Positions 13,271-23,612 of a stretch of 64,000 bases of DNA are shown piece after piece. Location: positions 207,452,001 through 207,516,000 of the forward strand of contig NC_042997.1 in NCBI RefSeq assembly GCF_006345805.1, read 5' to 3'. Source of the DNA: Octopus sinensis (taxonomy: Eukaryota). Position 1 is the first letter of the stretch; every line of letters starts with the position of its first letter. The notes under the pieces were generated by a model, which worked only from the letters and a program-made list of their open reading frames with translations, had not been told where the DNA came from and searched no databases. The translations under genes and the position numbers were made by a program.

Positions 13271-15050
13271 ATGAGGGAACTAAAATCCATATTAAACCCA
13301 TACAAAGCAGGGCTAACCGACAAAGAATATGATTATATGACCAATTTCACAAGTAAAACTAGCCAATTCTACGGTATACCTAAGATCCACAAAAGTGAAA
13401 AAATAAGCAACGCATGCAAGATAGCTACAGACAAAATAATTAAAGTCCCTAATCCTAATGACCTCAAATTGAGACCCATAATAGCAGGTCCCGCATGCGA
13501 AACCCACCGCCTCAGTAACTTTTTAGACACCCTGTTAAAACCACTCCTCAAACATGTCAAAAGCTATATAAGGGACGACTTAGATATGCTCAATCACCTA
13601 CCGAATACTATAAACAAAAACACCATACTGGTATCCTTCGATGTAGTCAACCTCTACTCCAATATCCCCCACAACCTAGGACTAGAGGCAATCCAATTCT
13701 GGCTAGAGAATCACGCCAACGAACTACCACACCGCATCAAAAAAGAATTTGTGATAGAAGGGGTTAAATTCATCCTGGAAAATAACTTCTTCGCCTTCAA
13801 TGACAACTTCTACCGACAAAAATCGGGGACTGCGATGGGTACACGAATGGCCCCCTCCTTTGCCAACCTAGTCATAGGATACCTAGAGATCAGTCTGTAT
13901 CGTAAGGTTCTAGAAAGATATGGCAGCCCTTTCTCCATCTACATAGAAAACAACTGGAAGAGATATCTAGATGACTGTTTCATCCTTTGGCATAAAAATA
14001 TAGAAAAAACTCATAGAATTCCAGAAAATTTTAAACGGACTGGACGTAAACATCCAATTCACGATGGAATATAGCCAACAACAACTCCCCTTCCTCGATA
14101 TCCTCATTAAGAAAGCTAATAATATAATAGAAACAGACATATACTATAAGCCTACAGACTCTAAGCAATATCTTCCATTCAATTCATGCCACCCCAGACA
14201 CACCAGGATGAATATCCCCTTCAATCTAGCAAAAAGGATATGCACTATAGTCTCTAACGCAAACACCAGAGACACACGACTACAAGAACTAAAAGATACC
14301 CTAATCACCAGGAACTATCCACCTTCACTTATTGACAAATGCATTCAACGTGCCCTTCAACTTAACATCAAGGAACTGAGACATCCCAAATCAAAGAAAA
14401 ACTTACAACCAAAAGCCTTACCATACATCTCCACACACAACCCTCTCAATAACGAAGCCTTCGACACCATCCTCCACAACATACCCCTCCTAAAAAAAGA
14501 CCACAGAATGAACACAATCCTCCAAACACACACGATCATAAAAAGCAAAAGACAGCCTAGATCCATGAAAAGTCTCCTTACACAAGCCCGAATTCACTCT
14601 TCAACACAGAAGCCGACAGTAAAAAAATGTGGAAGACCCAATTGCGGGATATGCGACTATCTAATCGAGGGTTCTGAGTTCTCCTTCAAACAGGGACAAC
14701 GTTTTACAGTGAAAAGCAACTTCACATGTGCTTCGGAGAACCTAATATACTCACTAACCTGCTCCGGGTGTCAAGAGCAGTACATAGGCCAAACAAAAAA
14801 TGGTTTGCGTAAACGAATGGCCCTGCACAGATCCCAGATAAAAATTCCCCAAAACAGAAAAATAGCTTTTAGCCAACACATAGATACTTGCGCCAACAAA
14901 AAAACACCAAACTTCAGAATTTTCCCCCTCTACCAATTTAGGGACGATACAACTTCGAGACAACGAATAAGTAAGAAAATCTCTTTATTACAAAATACAA
15001 GCCACTTCTTAACGGGTCTACGACAAACAATTAATATACCTCAACTTTAG
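13271..15050 (+). pseudogene. 5'-truncated PLE RT/GIY-YIG ORF with two single-base frameshifts
   Basis: Motifs FYGIPKIHK, LRPIIAG, SFDVVNLY, GTAMGT, RYLDD, PFLD, KCGRPNCGIC and IYSLTCSGCQEQYIGQT. Frame breaks at ~14005 (A-run) and ~14975. Confidence 0.9.
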
Positions 15051-15161
15051 AATAAAAGAAAAAAATATATATACACACACAAATACTACACTCAATAGAA
15101 TCCATTACTAATCAGCCCCTTCATAGCTATATTTACATTCATATTCTCCCTTCTCTGTTTT

Positions 15162-15194
<33 letters not shown>

Positions 15195-15743
15195 ATCATC
15201 ATCGTTATCATCATCATCGGCATCATCATCATCGCCACCATCATCACCACCATCTTCTCCTTCTCCTCCTTCTTCATCATCATCGTTATCATCATCATCG
15301 TCGTCATAATCATCACCACCATCACCATCATCGTCATCTTCTCCTTCTCCTTCTCCTTCTCCTTCTTCTTCTTCTTCTTCTTCTTCTTCTCCACCCCCTA
15401 CCCCTTAAGTTTGTCACTAATGTTTTTTAGTATAACACCTACGCTAATTCTATAAAGAAGCCTATCAATATAAATATTCTCCTGAATTGAACTGAGACTG
15501 CCAGCCGCCACTGACCATTCAAAATACGACCATCAGGGCACTCCCAGATTCTCCCACCCCCCTTTCCTCACCAGCCTTCTCTCTACTACCCTACCAAGAG
15601 CTCACAACTACCTCGAACACACAAGTGCAAACAAGGGAGTCAGAGAAAGGCAGAATGCCACTTAAATCTGAACACTACTATAGAAATATTCTTTTAAAAA
15701 AACTTTTCTTCTAATTTTTCTAAATTTAATTATTTAATCGTTA

Positions 15744-15781
15744 CAGTTGAAAAGGTCTCAAAATGACCGAAACCGGTACTG
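15744..15781 (+). ncRNA. Hammerhead ribozyme motif, U3-A8 core variant
   Basis: CAG UUGAAAA GGUC-ucaaaau-GACC GAAA CCGG UA CUG. All three stems are present, with palindromic stem III ACCGGU. Confidence 0.6.
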
Positions 15782-15868
15782 AAATGTTCACTATAAAATT
15801 ATTTTAGCATTTTCTATTTTTTACTTGTTTTTTCATATATATCAACTCGTGTGTTCCTTTTCACCCTT

Positions 15869-15909
<41 letters not shown>

Positions 15910-16249
15910 AAGGCGCATGGCTCAGTGGTTAGAGCGTCGAGCTTACGATCATGAGGTTGTGAGCTCGAATCCCGGACCGGGCTGCGTGTTGTGTTCTTGA
16001 GCAAGGCACTTTATTTCACGTTGCTCCAGTTCACTCAGCTGTAGAAATGAGTTGCGACGTCACTGGTGCCAAGCTGTATCGACATTTGTCTTTCCCTTGG
16101 ATAACACTGGTGGCGTGGAGAGGGGAGGCTGGTATGCATGGGCGACTGCTGGTCTTCCATAAAACAACCTTGCCCGGACTTGTGTCTAGGAGGGTAACTT
16201 TCTAGGTGCAATCCCATGGTCATTCATGACCGAAGGGGGTCTTTACCCT

Positions 16250-16250
<1 letters not shown>
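15910..16250 (+). mobile_element. tRNA-derived SINE with CORE-like central domain
   Basis: A box TGGCTCAGTGG, B-box-like AGCTCGAATCCC, then GTGTTCTTGAGCAAGGCACTT; flanked by (TA)n. Confidence 0.8.
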
Positions 16251-16400
<150 letters not shown>

Positions 16401-17004
16401 TGTATATATTGGTGAAAAGAAAAAAATCCTCATGAGGACGTTTCGCTTGAACTTTATGAATTAAGAAGAACTGTATGCGAAAAGCCATAGTATAACTGTG
16501 TGTGTGTTATATATTTATATACATGTACATTTGTATGCATATATATATATATATTTGTTTGTATGGATTGTAGTTTGTTTATATTATATTGTATCGTAAT
16601 ATTTGATATGTTAGAATCTATTATAATACGTATTGTCAAGTGAAGATTACTGCAAATATAATATTGTTATTATTGATAAACATAACAATAATAATAATAA
16701 CAATAATAATAATAATAATATTAATAATTGATTATTTATTTATATGGTCACAAGAGTAGACGTGTTGATCTGTTCCAGTATATGTATATATTTGTTTATG
16801 ACGATTGGTGTATTTACTTGGACCTATTGTGTAATTGTGTTTATTTATGTATTTTACACATATAAAAGTATATACACTCTACTTATGTATGTATATGTAT
16901 ATCTATAAGTTTATATGGGTATTTGTTCATATTTTTTATTTATATTAAATAATACGTGTATCATGTTTCATGTATTACTATTAATATTTTTAAAGTTCCT
17001 TATA

Positions 17005-17140
17005 ACCTCTGACAAGGCCTATGGTTAAATATATAAATACCCTATTTTTAAATACCTACAACCTCAATATATGGACAACTATAAGCAATAAAAATAAAAA
17101 TAAGTAATTTTAACCATAGTCTGAAACAGCTGTAAGAAGT
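17005..17140 (+). ncRNA. Hammerhead-like motif with long stem II (decayed core)
   Basis: CUGACAA, a 14-bp stem (GGCCUAUGGUUAAA/UUUAACCAUAGUCU) around an ~80-nt loop, then GAAA CAGCUG UA. Stem I is weak. Confidence 0.45.
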
Positions 17141-17209
17141 GATTTTAATGATTTCAATATTTTATTATGATTTTTATAATTTATATTCTTATCTTATATG
17201 TATTGAATT

Positions 17210-20028
17210 ATAAGATGATGGCTGCTTATGAATGCCAAAACCTTCCCAGGCGAAGAATGTACCCCACAACATAGACTGGTAGTTAGTGACTTCAGGATCA
17301 GGATTAAGAGGACGACCAGAAGACAACCAACATGGAGGAGAAGGGTCTGGAAGCTTAAAGATCCTGTGAATGGACAGAGATTTAGAGAGATGTTACTTGA
17401 AGCCTTTGACGAAATAGAAGGGGATATAGCTTCATATGGGGTAGAAGACAACTGGAGGTTTCTAAAGGACAACCTGCTGAGAGCCACTGACCAGATCTGT
17501 GGATGGTGCAAAGTCCCCTCAAGACACAAAATAACGTGGTGGTGGAACAATATTTGTTGATAGGGCTATTAGACAAAAGAAACAGGCTTGGAAGGACTGG
17601 AAGTACGGTGGTAGCAGGGAATTGTATCAGACTGCCAGAAGGAAAGCTAGGAGGCAGGTTTATTTATCCAGAGGGGAAGCAGATAAGAAAAAATTTGCCA
17701 ATGTTCTGCGCCGTGAGGACGAAAGACTTGAGGTATTTCGTGTTGCAAGACAGTGTGTGAGAGAGAATCGTGATGTGGTAGGAGAGAAATGTGTCCGCAT
17801 GGATGATGGTTCACTTGTGCTAAATGAGGATGCAAAGAGAGAGGTTTGGAGATGCCAGTATGAAAGGTTGCTGAATAAAGAAAATGAATGGGAGAAAGAT
17901 AGTCTGTTGAATGTCGACCCAACAGAGGGACCAGCTATCTGTGTTGACAGTTCCTTGGTAGTCAAGGCAATTAGAAGCATGAAGACAGGGAAAGCCCCAG
18001 GCCCATCAGGAATTACTGTAGAGATGCTCAAAATATCTGGCAGTGTCGGTTATAGCCTAGTCACCCGAATAGTTAACCAGGTGATACACGAAGGAGTCAG
18101 ACCCAATGACTGGTGTAGCAGCATAATAGTCAACTGCTACAAAGGTAAAGGTGACGCCCTAGATACAAGTAATTACAGAGGTATCAAGCTGTTGGATCAG
18201 GTAATGAAGGTTACGGAGTGGGTCATAGCCCAACTGATTAGGGAGAGAGTCAACTTGGACGAGATGCAGTTCGGTTTCGTGCCAGGGAAAAGCACCACTG
18301 ATGCCATATTTCTGGTGAGACAGCTGGCTTTCGTTGACTTGGAGAAAGCCTTTGACAGGGTCCCCCGTTCCCTTATCTGGTGGTCAATGAGGAAACTAGG
18401 GATAGATGAATGGTTAGTGAGAGGTGTGCGAGCCATGTACAGGGACGCTGTTAGTAAGGTGAGGGTTGGCAACGAGTACAGTGAAGAATTCAGGGTAGAG
18501 GTTGGGGTCCACCAAGGCTCAGTCCTCAGCCCCCTCCTATTTATCATAGTCCTCCAAGCAATAACGGAGGAATTCAAGACAGGATGCCCATGGGAGCTCC
18601 TCTATGCTGACGACCTTGCTCTAATTGCTGAATCACTATCAGAACTCGAGGTGAAGTTTCAGGCGTGGAAGCAAGGATTAGAATCGAAGGGCCTTAGAGT
18701 CAATCTAGCTAAAACCAAAGTCCTAATAAGTAGGAAGGTAGACAAATTACAAATTCCTTCAGGTTGATGGCCCTGCTCGATCTGTAGAAAAAGCGTAGGT
18801 AGGAACTCTATAAGTTGCACCAAGTGTAGGCTATGGACACATAAGAGGTGCAGCAATGTCAAAGGAAGGCTAACTAGGAATATAGTTTTTGTATGTGGCA
18901 GATGCTCTGGTGCAATAAACATGGAAAATGCGCAGAGACCATCTTCTTCCACATTCCAGGGAGGAAAACTAGAAATAGTTGATAGTTTCCGTTACCTAGG
19001 TGATCAAGTCAGTAGAGGACGCAGGTGTGCTGAAAGTGTAACTGCTAGAGTAAGAATAGCATGGGCAAAGTTCAGAGAGCTCCTACATCTGCTGGTGGCA
19101 AAAGGCCTCTTGCTCAGAGTAAAAGGCAGACTCTATGATGCATGTGTACGAACAGCCATGCTACATGGCAGTGAAACATGGGTTGTGACTGCTGAGGATA
19201 TGCGTAAGCTTGCAAGAAATGAAACCAGTATGCTCTGTTGGATGTGTAATGTCAGTGTTCATATCCAACAGAGTGTAAGTGCCTTGAGAGAAAAGTTGGA
19301 CCTAAGAAGCATCAGATGTGGTGTGCAAGAGAGACGTCTACGCTGGTATGACACGTGGTAAGAATGGATGAAGATAGTTGTGTGCGAAAGTGCTACACCC
19401 TAGCGGTTGAGGGAACCTGTGGAAGAGGTAGACCCAGGAAAACCTGGGACAAGGTGGTGAAGCATGACCTTCGCTCTTTAGGTCTCACCGAGGAAATGAC
19501 TAGAGACCGAGACCTTCGGAAATATACTGTGCGTGAGAAGACCCGGCAGGACAAGTGAGGCCATAACCCATGGCCTTTACCTGGGATGTAGTCAGGCCAC
19601 CTGTGCATACCTTCCTTCTTGGGACACATAACTCTACTTGTAAAGATCTGTTGAGGCAAGTGAAAATCGAAATCGATGAACATCAATGGAATTTGTAGCT
19701 GCGATACCAGTGCTGGTGGCATGTAAGAGAACCATCCGAACGTGGCCGTAGCCAGCACCGCATCGACTGGCCTCCGTGCCGGTGGCACATAAAAAGCACC
19801 ATCTGATCGTGGCCGTTTGCCAAACTCGTCTGGTACCTGTGTCGGTGGCATGTAAAACGCACCCACCAGACTCACGGAGTGGTTGGCGTTAGGAAGGGCA
19901 TCCAGCTGTACAAACACTGCTAGATCTGACTGACCTGGTGCAGCCTTCGGGTTTCCCAGACCCCATTTGAACCGTCCAACCCATGTTAGCATGGAAAGCG
20001 GACGCTAAACGATGATGATGATGATGAT
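17210..20028 (+). mobile_element. RTE LINE, long 5'-truncated copy (APE C-terminus, RT with PHD-like insert, 3' UTR, (GAT)n)
   Basis: Motifs PQHRLVV, KAPGPSG, NYRGIKLL, QFGFVPGKSTTDAIF, DLEKAFD, HQGSVLSP, LYADD and ERRLRWY. Contains stops and an in-frame deletion near 18325. Confidence 0.95.
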
Positions 20029-20029
20029 A

Positions 20030-20485
20030 AATTAGAGATAAAACCATTATTAGGCAAATCAAACAGTGAAAAACATAAGCCAAAACATAGAAATAAAATT
20101 AATTAATATAATATACAAAATATATAAAATATAAAATTCAAAATTTAAATTATTTAAATTTAAAGTAAAAATTTTAAATTATTAATTTATATTTATATAT
20201 ATATATATTTTTTTTTTTATTTTTAATTTCTTTTTTATTATTTTATTTATTTATTTATTTATTTATTAAATATATATAACTATCAAAAAGTATAAAAAAG
20301 TAATATAAGATAAAATATATCTTATATTACTTTTTATCCTATATTACTTTTCATACTTTTTGATAGTTATATATATTTAATAAATAAATAAATAGATAAA
20401 ATAAATAAATAAATAAATAAAAATAAATATATATATATATATATATATATATTTATTTTTATTTATTTATTTATTTATTTTATCT
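20030..20485. repeat. Inverted pLTR end plus AT-rich fold-back (~20195-20450)
   Basis: Starts with the reverse of the pLTR end motif. AACTATCAAAAAGTATAAAAAGTAATATAAG is mirrored by TATATTACTTTTCATACTTTTTGATAGTT. Confidence 0.7.
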
Positions 20486-20912
20486 ACTTGATTAAAGCCA
20501 CCTAACGAAACGATTGGTCAAAACATTGATGACGTCACGCTACGCTAGATTGACCACCTAACAGACATTATAAAACCGAGCATTTCACAAAAACTCACTA
20601 GAACCACCCAGCGAACTTCCACCATGGGTCATCACAATTGCTTAAGGTAAAAATGAATTCCTCGCTCTTTCGGAAACATCAATCTTCTGTATTGACCGCT
20701 TTCCACCACTTTGATCTGTTTTTTGTATTGAATACGTATCGCCACCGTGGGCCACTGCATCGAACACTTTGAACATATACTTCAAACTATATATCAACTA
20801 TACATGAACTATATATCAACTATACATGAACTCTAAGATGTCTGACTCCGTTGTGTATTATAAATGAATTTCTTGTGTTTGACGGCATGAGCTGTCTTTT
20901 TTTATATATAAC

Positions 20913-20956
20913 TTTTTTTGATAAGGTTCATTTCAGGAACTGAAACATGTTATAAT
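20913..20956 (+). ncRNA. Hammerhead-like motif, U3-A8 core (second copy at ~26846-26890)
   Basis: UUGAUAA GGUUC-loop-GAACU GAAA CAUG UU. Stem III palindrome ACAUGU; weak stem I. Confidence 0.45.
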
Positions 20957-21286
20957 GTATATATAAAAATTAAAAATTGTATAATACAGCAGCATTTTCG
21001 AACTTCATTTTTTACAAATATATATATATATATATATATATATTAATAATTTTAAATTTTTAACTTATAATGTTTATTAATTTCTTTTGTACTTTTTGTG
21101 ATCTAGATATATGCTTTATAACATTTTATTTTTCATTTATGATTTGGTTTATGTCTATCATTGTTTGAATTACATAATAGTGGTTTTTCTCTAATTTATA
21201 TATATTATATATTTATATTGTGAAATTTGATTTAATACTAAATTGAATTTTTCCCTGTAAGTTTGGAGTTATACTCCCTATTATCA

Positions 21287-21318
<32 letters not shown>

Positions 21319-21576
21319 TTACTTCTTTCTTCAAACTTTCTTCTGTTTCTCGCCGAGTGTTTTCCGTACACCTAGGACAGAGAAGCTCATTGTATGCATT
21401 CCCAGATTACACACACAATTCGAGACACGTGTGATTCGAACTGAATAGCATGTGTCTCGAATGGGCTGGAGGATTTGTATTTTGGATATATTTGGGGTAC
21501 TTAATTGTGCTCATGACTTAGTGTTTGCTTCTTCCATGGGTATGAGTAAGTATTTCATTTATTTTCTTTGCCGCAT

Positions 21577-21636
21577 TTATCACTGACGAAGGGAGGGTTC
21601 TTATGAACTAACCCTGAAATCGGTCCGATATAGTAA
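21577..21636 (+). ncRNA. Type I hammerhead ribozyme (CUGACGA core)
   Basis: CUGACGA AGGG..GUUC-uuau-GAAC..CCCU GAAA UCGG-u-CCGA UA. Stem I has one mismatch. Confidence 0.65.
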
Positions 21637-21875
21637 TAACGGAATTTTGTAGAAATTTCTATCGACCTTTTTCGAGTAGCATGCTTATTGCGATAAATTA
21701 TATGGTTATGGACAATGTGTCTAGTTTCGGCATATTTGGCATTAGAAATTTTTTCGTTTGCGCTTATTTATAAGTTGTTTATAAATTTAATCTTTAAAGG
21801 TATTTTTTAATATGCTGGCCATTGATAAAATTTTTTTCGAAAATTTTATCCTACATTAGATGTATGTAACCTTAC

Positions 21876-22130
21876 CTGGCCCCCGTGCTGGTGGCACATA
21901 AAAAGCACCATCCGATCATGGCCGTTTGCCAGCTTCATCTGGCACCTGTGCTGGTGGCACGTAAAAAGCACCCACTACACTCATGGAGTGGTTGGCGTTA
22001 GGAAGGGCATCCAGCCGTAGAAACATTGCCGGATCAGACTGGAGCCTCGTGCAGCCTTCTGGCTTCCCAGACTCCAGTTGAACCGTCCAACCCATGCCAG
22101 CATGGAAAGCGGACGCTAAACGATGATGAT
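21876..22130 (+). mobile_element. RTE 3' UTR tail embedded in the pLTR (second copy at 27811-28065)
   Basis: Same 3' UTR and (GAT)n as 19700-20028. Confidence 0.9.
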
Positions 22131-22211
22131 ATATATTTTTTACAAATATATACCTACTCGTATACGAGCTAATCCTATTATAAATATCATATCACGTACG
22201 AGCTCCCGAAA

Positions 22212-23612
22212 ATGCTTGCTAAAAAAGACACCAACGACATCTCCTCAATAAATGAAGAGATACTGAAAGAATTGAAATGCATAAATTCAAACCTAACAGC
22301 AGTGTTAAACAAACTCAACTTAACACCTCGACCTTCTACACAAACTAACGAGGAAACCGAATCGAATAAAACACCCTCCGAAATATTCGAGAAAGTTGAA
22401 AATCTATGCGATACAATGACGACATTCTTCACAAACTTTACGAAACAAGAGCAACAAAAAGAAGGAACACATGAGAAGAACCGAGCAACTCCAACATTAC
22501 AAATAAAGAACCAAGTCCTCCCCCAATGGAGAACACTACAGCGAAACAGAAAATTCGCTTTTTGGAAAATGATACAAAATCAGAATAAAGCAGAGATTTA
22601 CCAAAAATGGCTAGACTCAACACCCCTAGTCATACCCCGTAAATTACAAATCAAACCCATCTCGGAAGAACCAGAAGAACAAAGAAAACTTAGAGACAAA
22701 ATGTCATTAGAAAAAATGAAGATGGAAATAGAACAACTTAAGCTGAGAGCTAAAACGAATGAAGAAAAAGTAAAAACCATAGACGAGGAAATCAACGAAG
22801 AAGTCATCAAACTAATAGACGACAACAATACTGAAACATTACCAGCACTATGGAATGAAGAATGTGAAAAAGAGGAACTTAAGTCCCTCCAACTATGGGA
22901 AAAGAGCGCCATCTGGTTTCTAGATTATGAAACCAACTTCAAAAATGAACACATATCCAACAACCCCTTCATAAAATTAAGCAAATCAAAGCCAAATACC
23001 AATAGAACGGAACAACCACCAAGAAATCCTACCACACTCTACACCAGAAAAGTACACCTAAAACACACCCCACACTACCTACACCAACCCCAAAACACCT
23101 ACAGAGGCCCACCACACCAGTTCGAAAATAGACATACCAACAGAGCAGAACAACCACCAAGAAATCCAAACACACTCTACACCAGAAAAATGCATTTAAA
23201 ACACACCCCACACTACCTACACCAACCCCAAAACACTTATAGGGTCCCACCACACCATTCCACGAACCTAAGAGCCACAACATACAATACTATAAAATAC
23301 AACCCACATAACCAAACCAAAACGCTACTACCAAACATCCACCCCAGGAACCAACCATACAACCATAACAAACAACAAATGCACTACGGAGGAAACAACT
23401 ACCAACACAATATACCTGAGGAACTAAGACGTAACACTAGGTTCAACAACAGACTCCAGAACAGAGCACCACAAACTCACTCTGACAATTATAACAACAT
23501 GAGACAGATAAATAATAGCTTTGAACATAACTACACCAACCATTTTTTAGACCCCACACACAGGAACAGGGACACACGATGGCAAAGGACAAACAAAAGA
23601 AACCTCAGGTAA
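22212..23612 (+). CDS. PLE ORF1, 466 aa: predicted coiled-coil N-half and N/Q/H/P-rich C-half
   Basis: Open ORF inside the element. E/K/L-rich heptad-like segment (KMKMEIEQLKLRAKTNEEKVKTIDEEI) and an in-frame 46-aa duplication. Confidence 0.7.
   Translation: MLAKKDTNDISSINEEILKELKCINSNLTAVLNKLNLTPRPSTQTNEETESNKTPSEIFEKVENLCDTMTTFFTNFTKQEQQKEGTHEKNRATPTLQIKNQVLPQWRTLQRNRKFAFWKMIQNQNKAEIYQKWLDSTPLVIPRKLQIKPISEEPEEQRKLRDKMSLEKMKMEIEQLKLRAKTNEEKVKTIDEEINEEVIKLIDDNNTETLPALWNEECEKEELKSLQLWEKSAIWFLDYETNFKNEHISNNPFIKLSKSKPNTNRTEQPPRNPTTLYTRKVHLKHTPHYLHQPQNTYRGPPHQFENRHTNRAEQPPRNPNTLYTRKMHLKHTPHYLHQPQNTYRVPPHHSTNLRATTYNTIKYNPHNQTKTLLPNIHPRNQPYNHNKQQMHYGGNNYQHNIPEELRRNTRFNNRLQNRAPQTHSDNYNNMRQINNSFEHNYTNHFLDPTHRNRDTRWQRTNKRNLR

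Larger units (their letters stand above)
11869..15842 (+). mobile_element. Young PLE with a 5' inverted duplication (arms ~11869-13257 and ~14468-15842)
   Basis: RT and GIY-YIG on the + strand at 13271-15050. Upstream arm is the near-exact reverse complement of the 3' ORF plus pLTR. Confidence 0.95.
20486..22130 (+). repeat. 5' pseudo-LTR (composite)
   Basis: Direct repeat of 26416-28065, differing mainly in homopolymer and microsatellite length. Confidence 0.95.

Noticed and set aside
15910-15985. tRNA gene (also considered for other SINE heads)
   Set aside because: A and B boxes are present but there is no cloverleaf, and the sequence continues into the SINE body.
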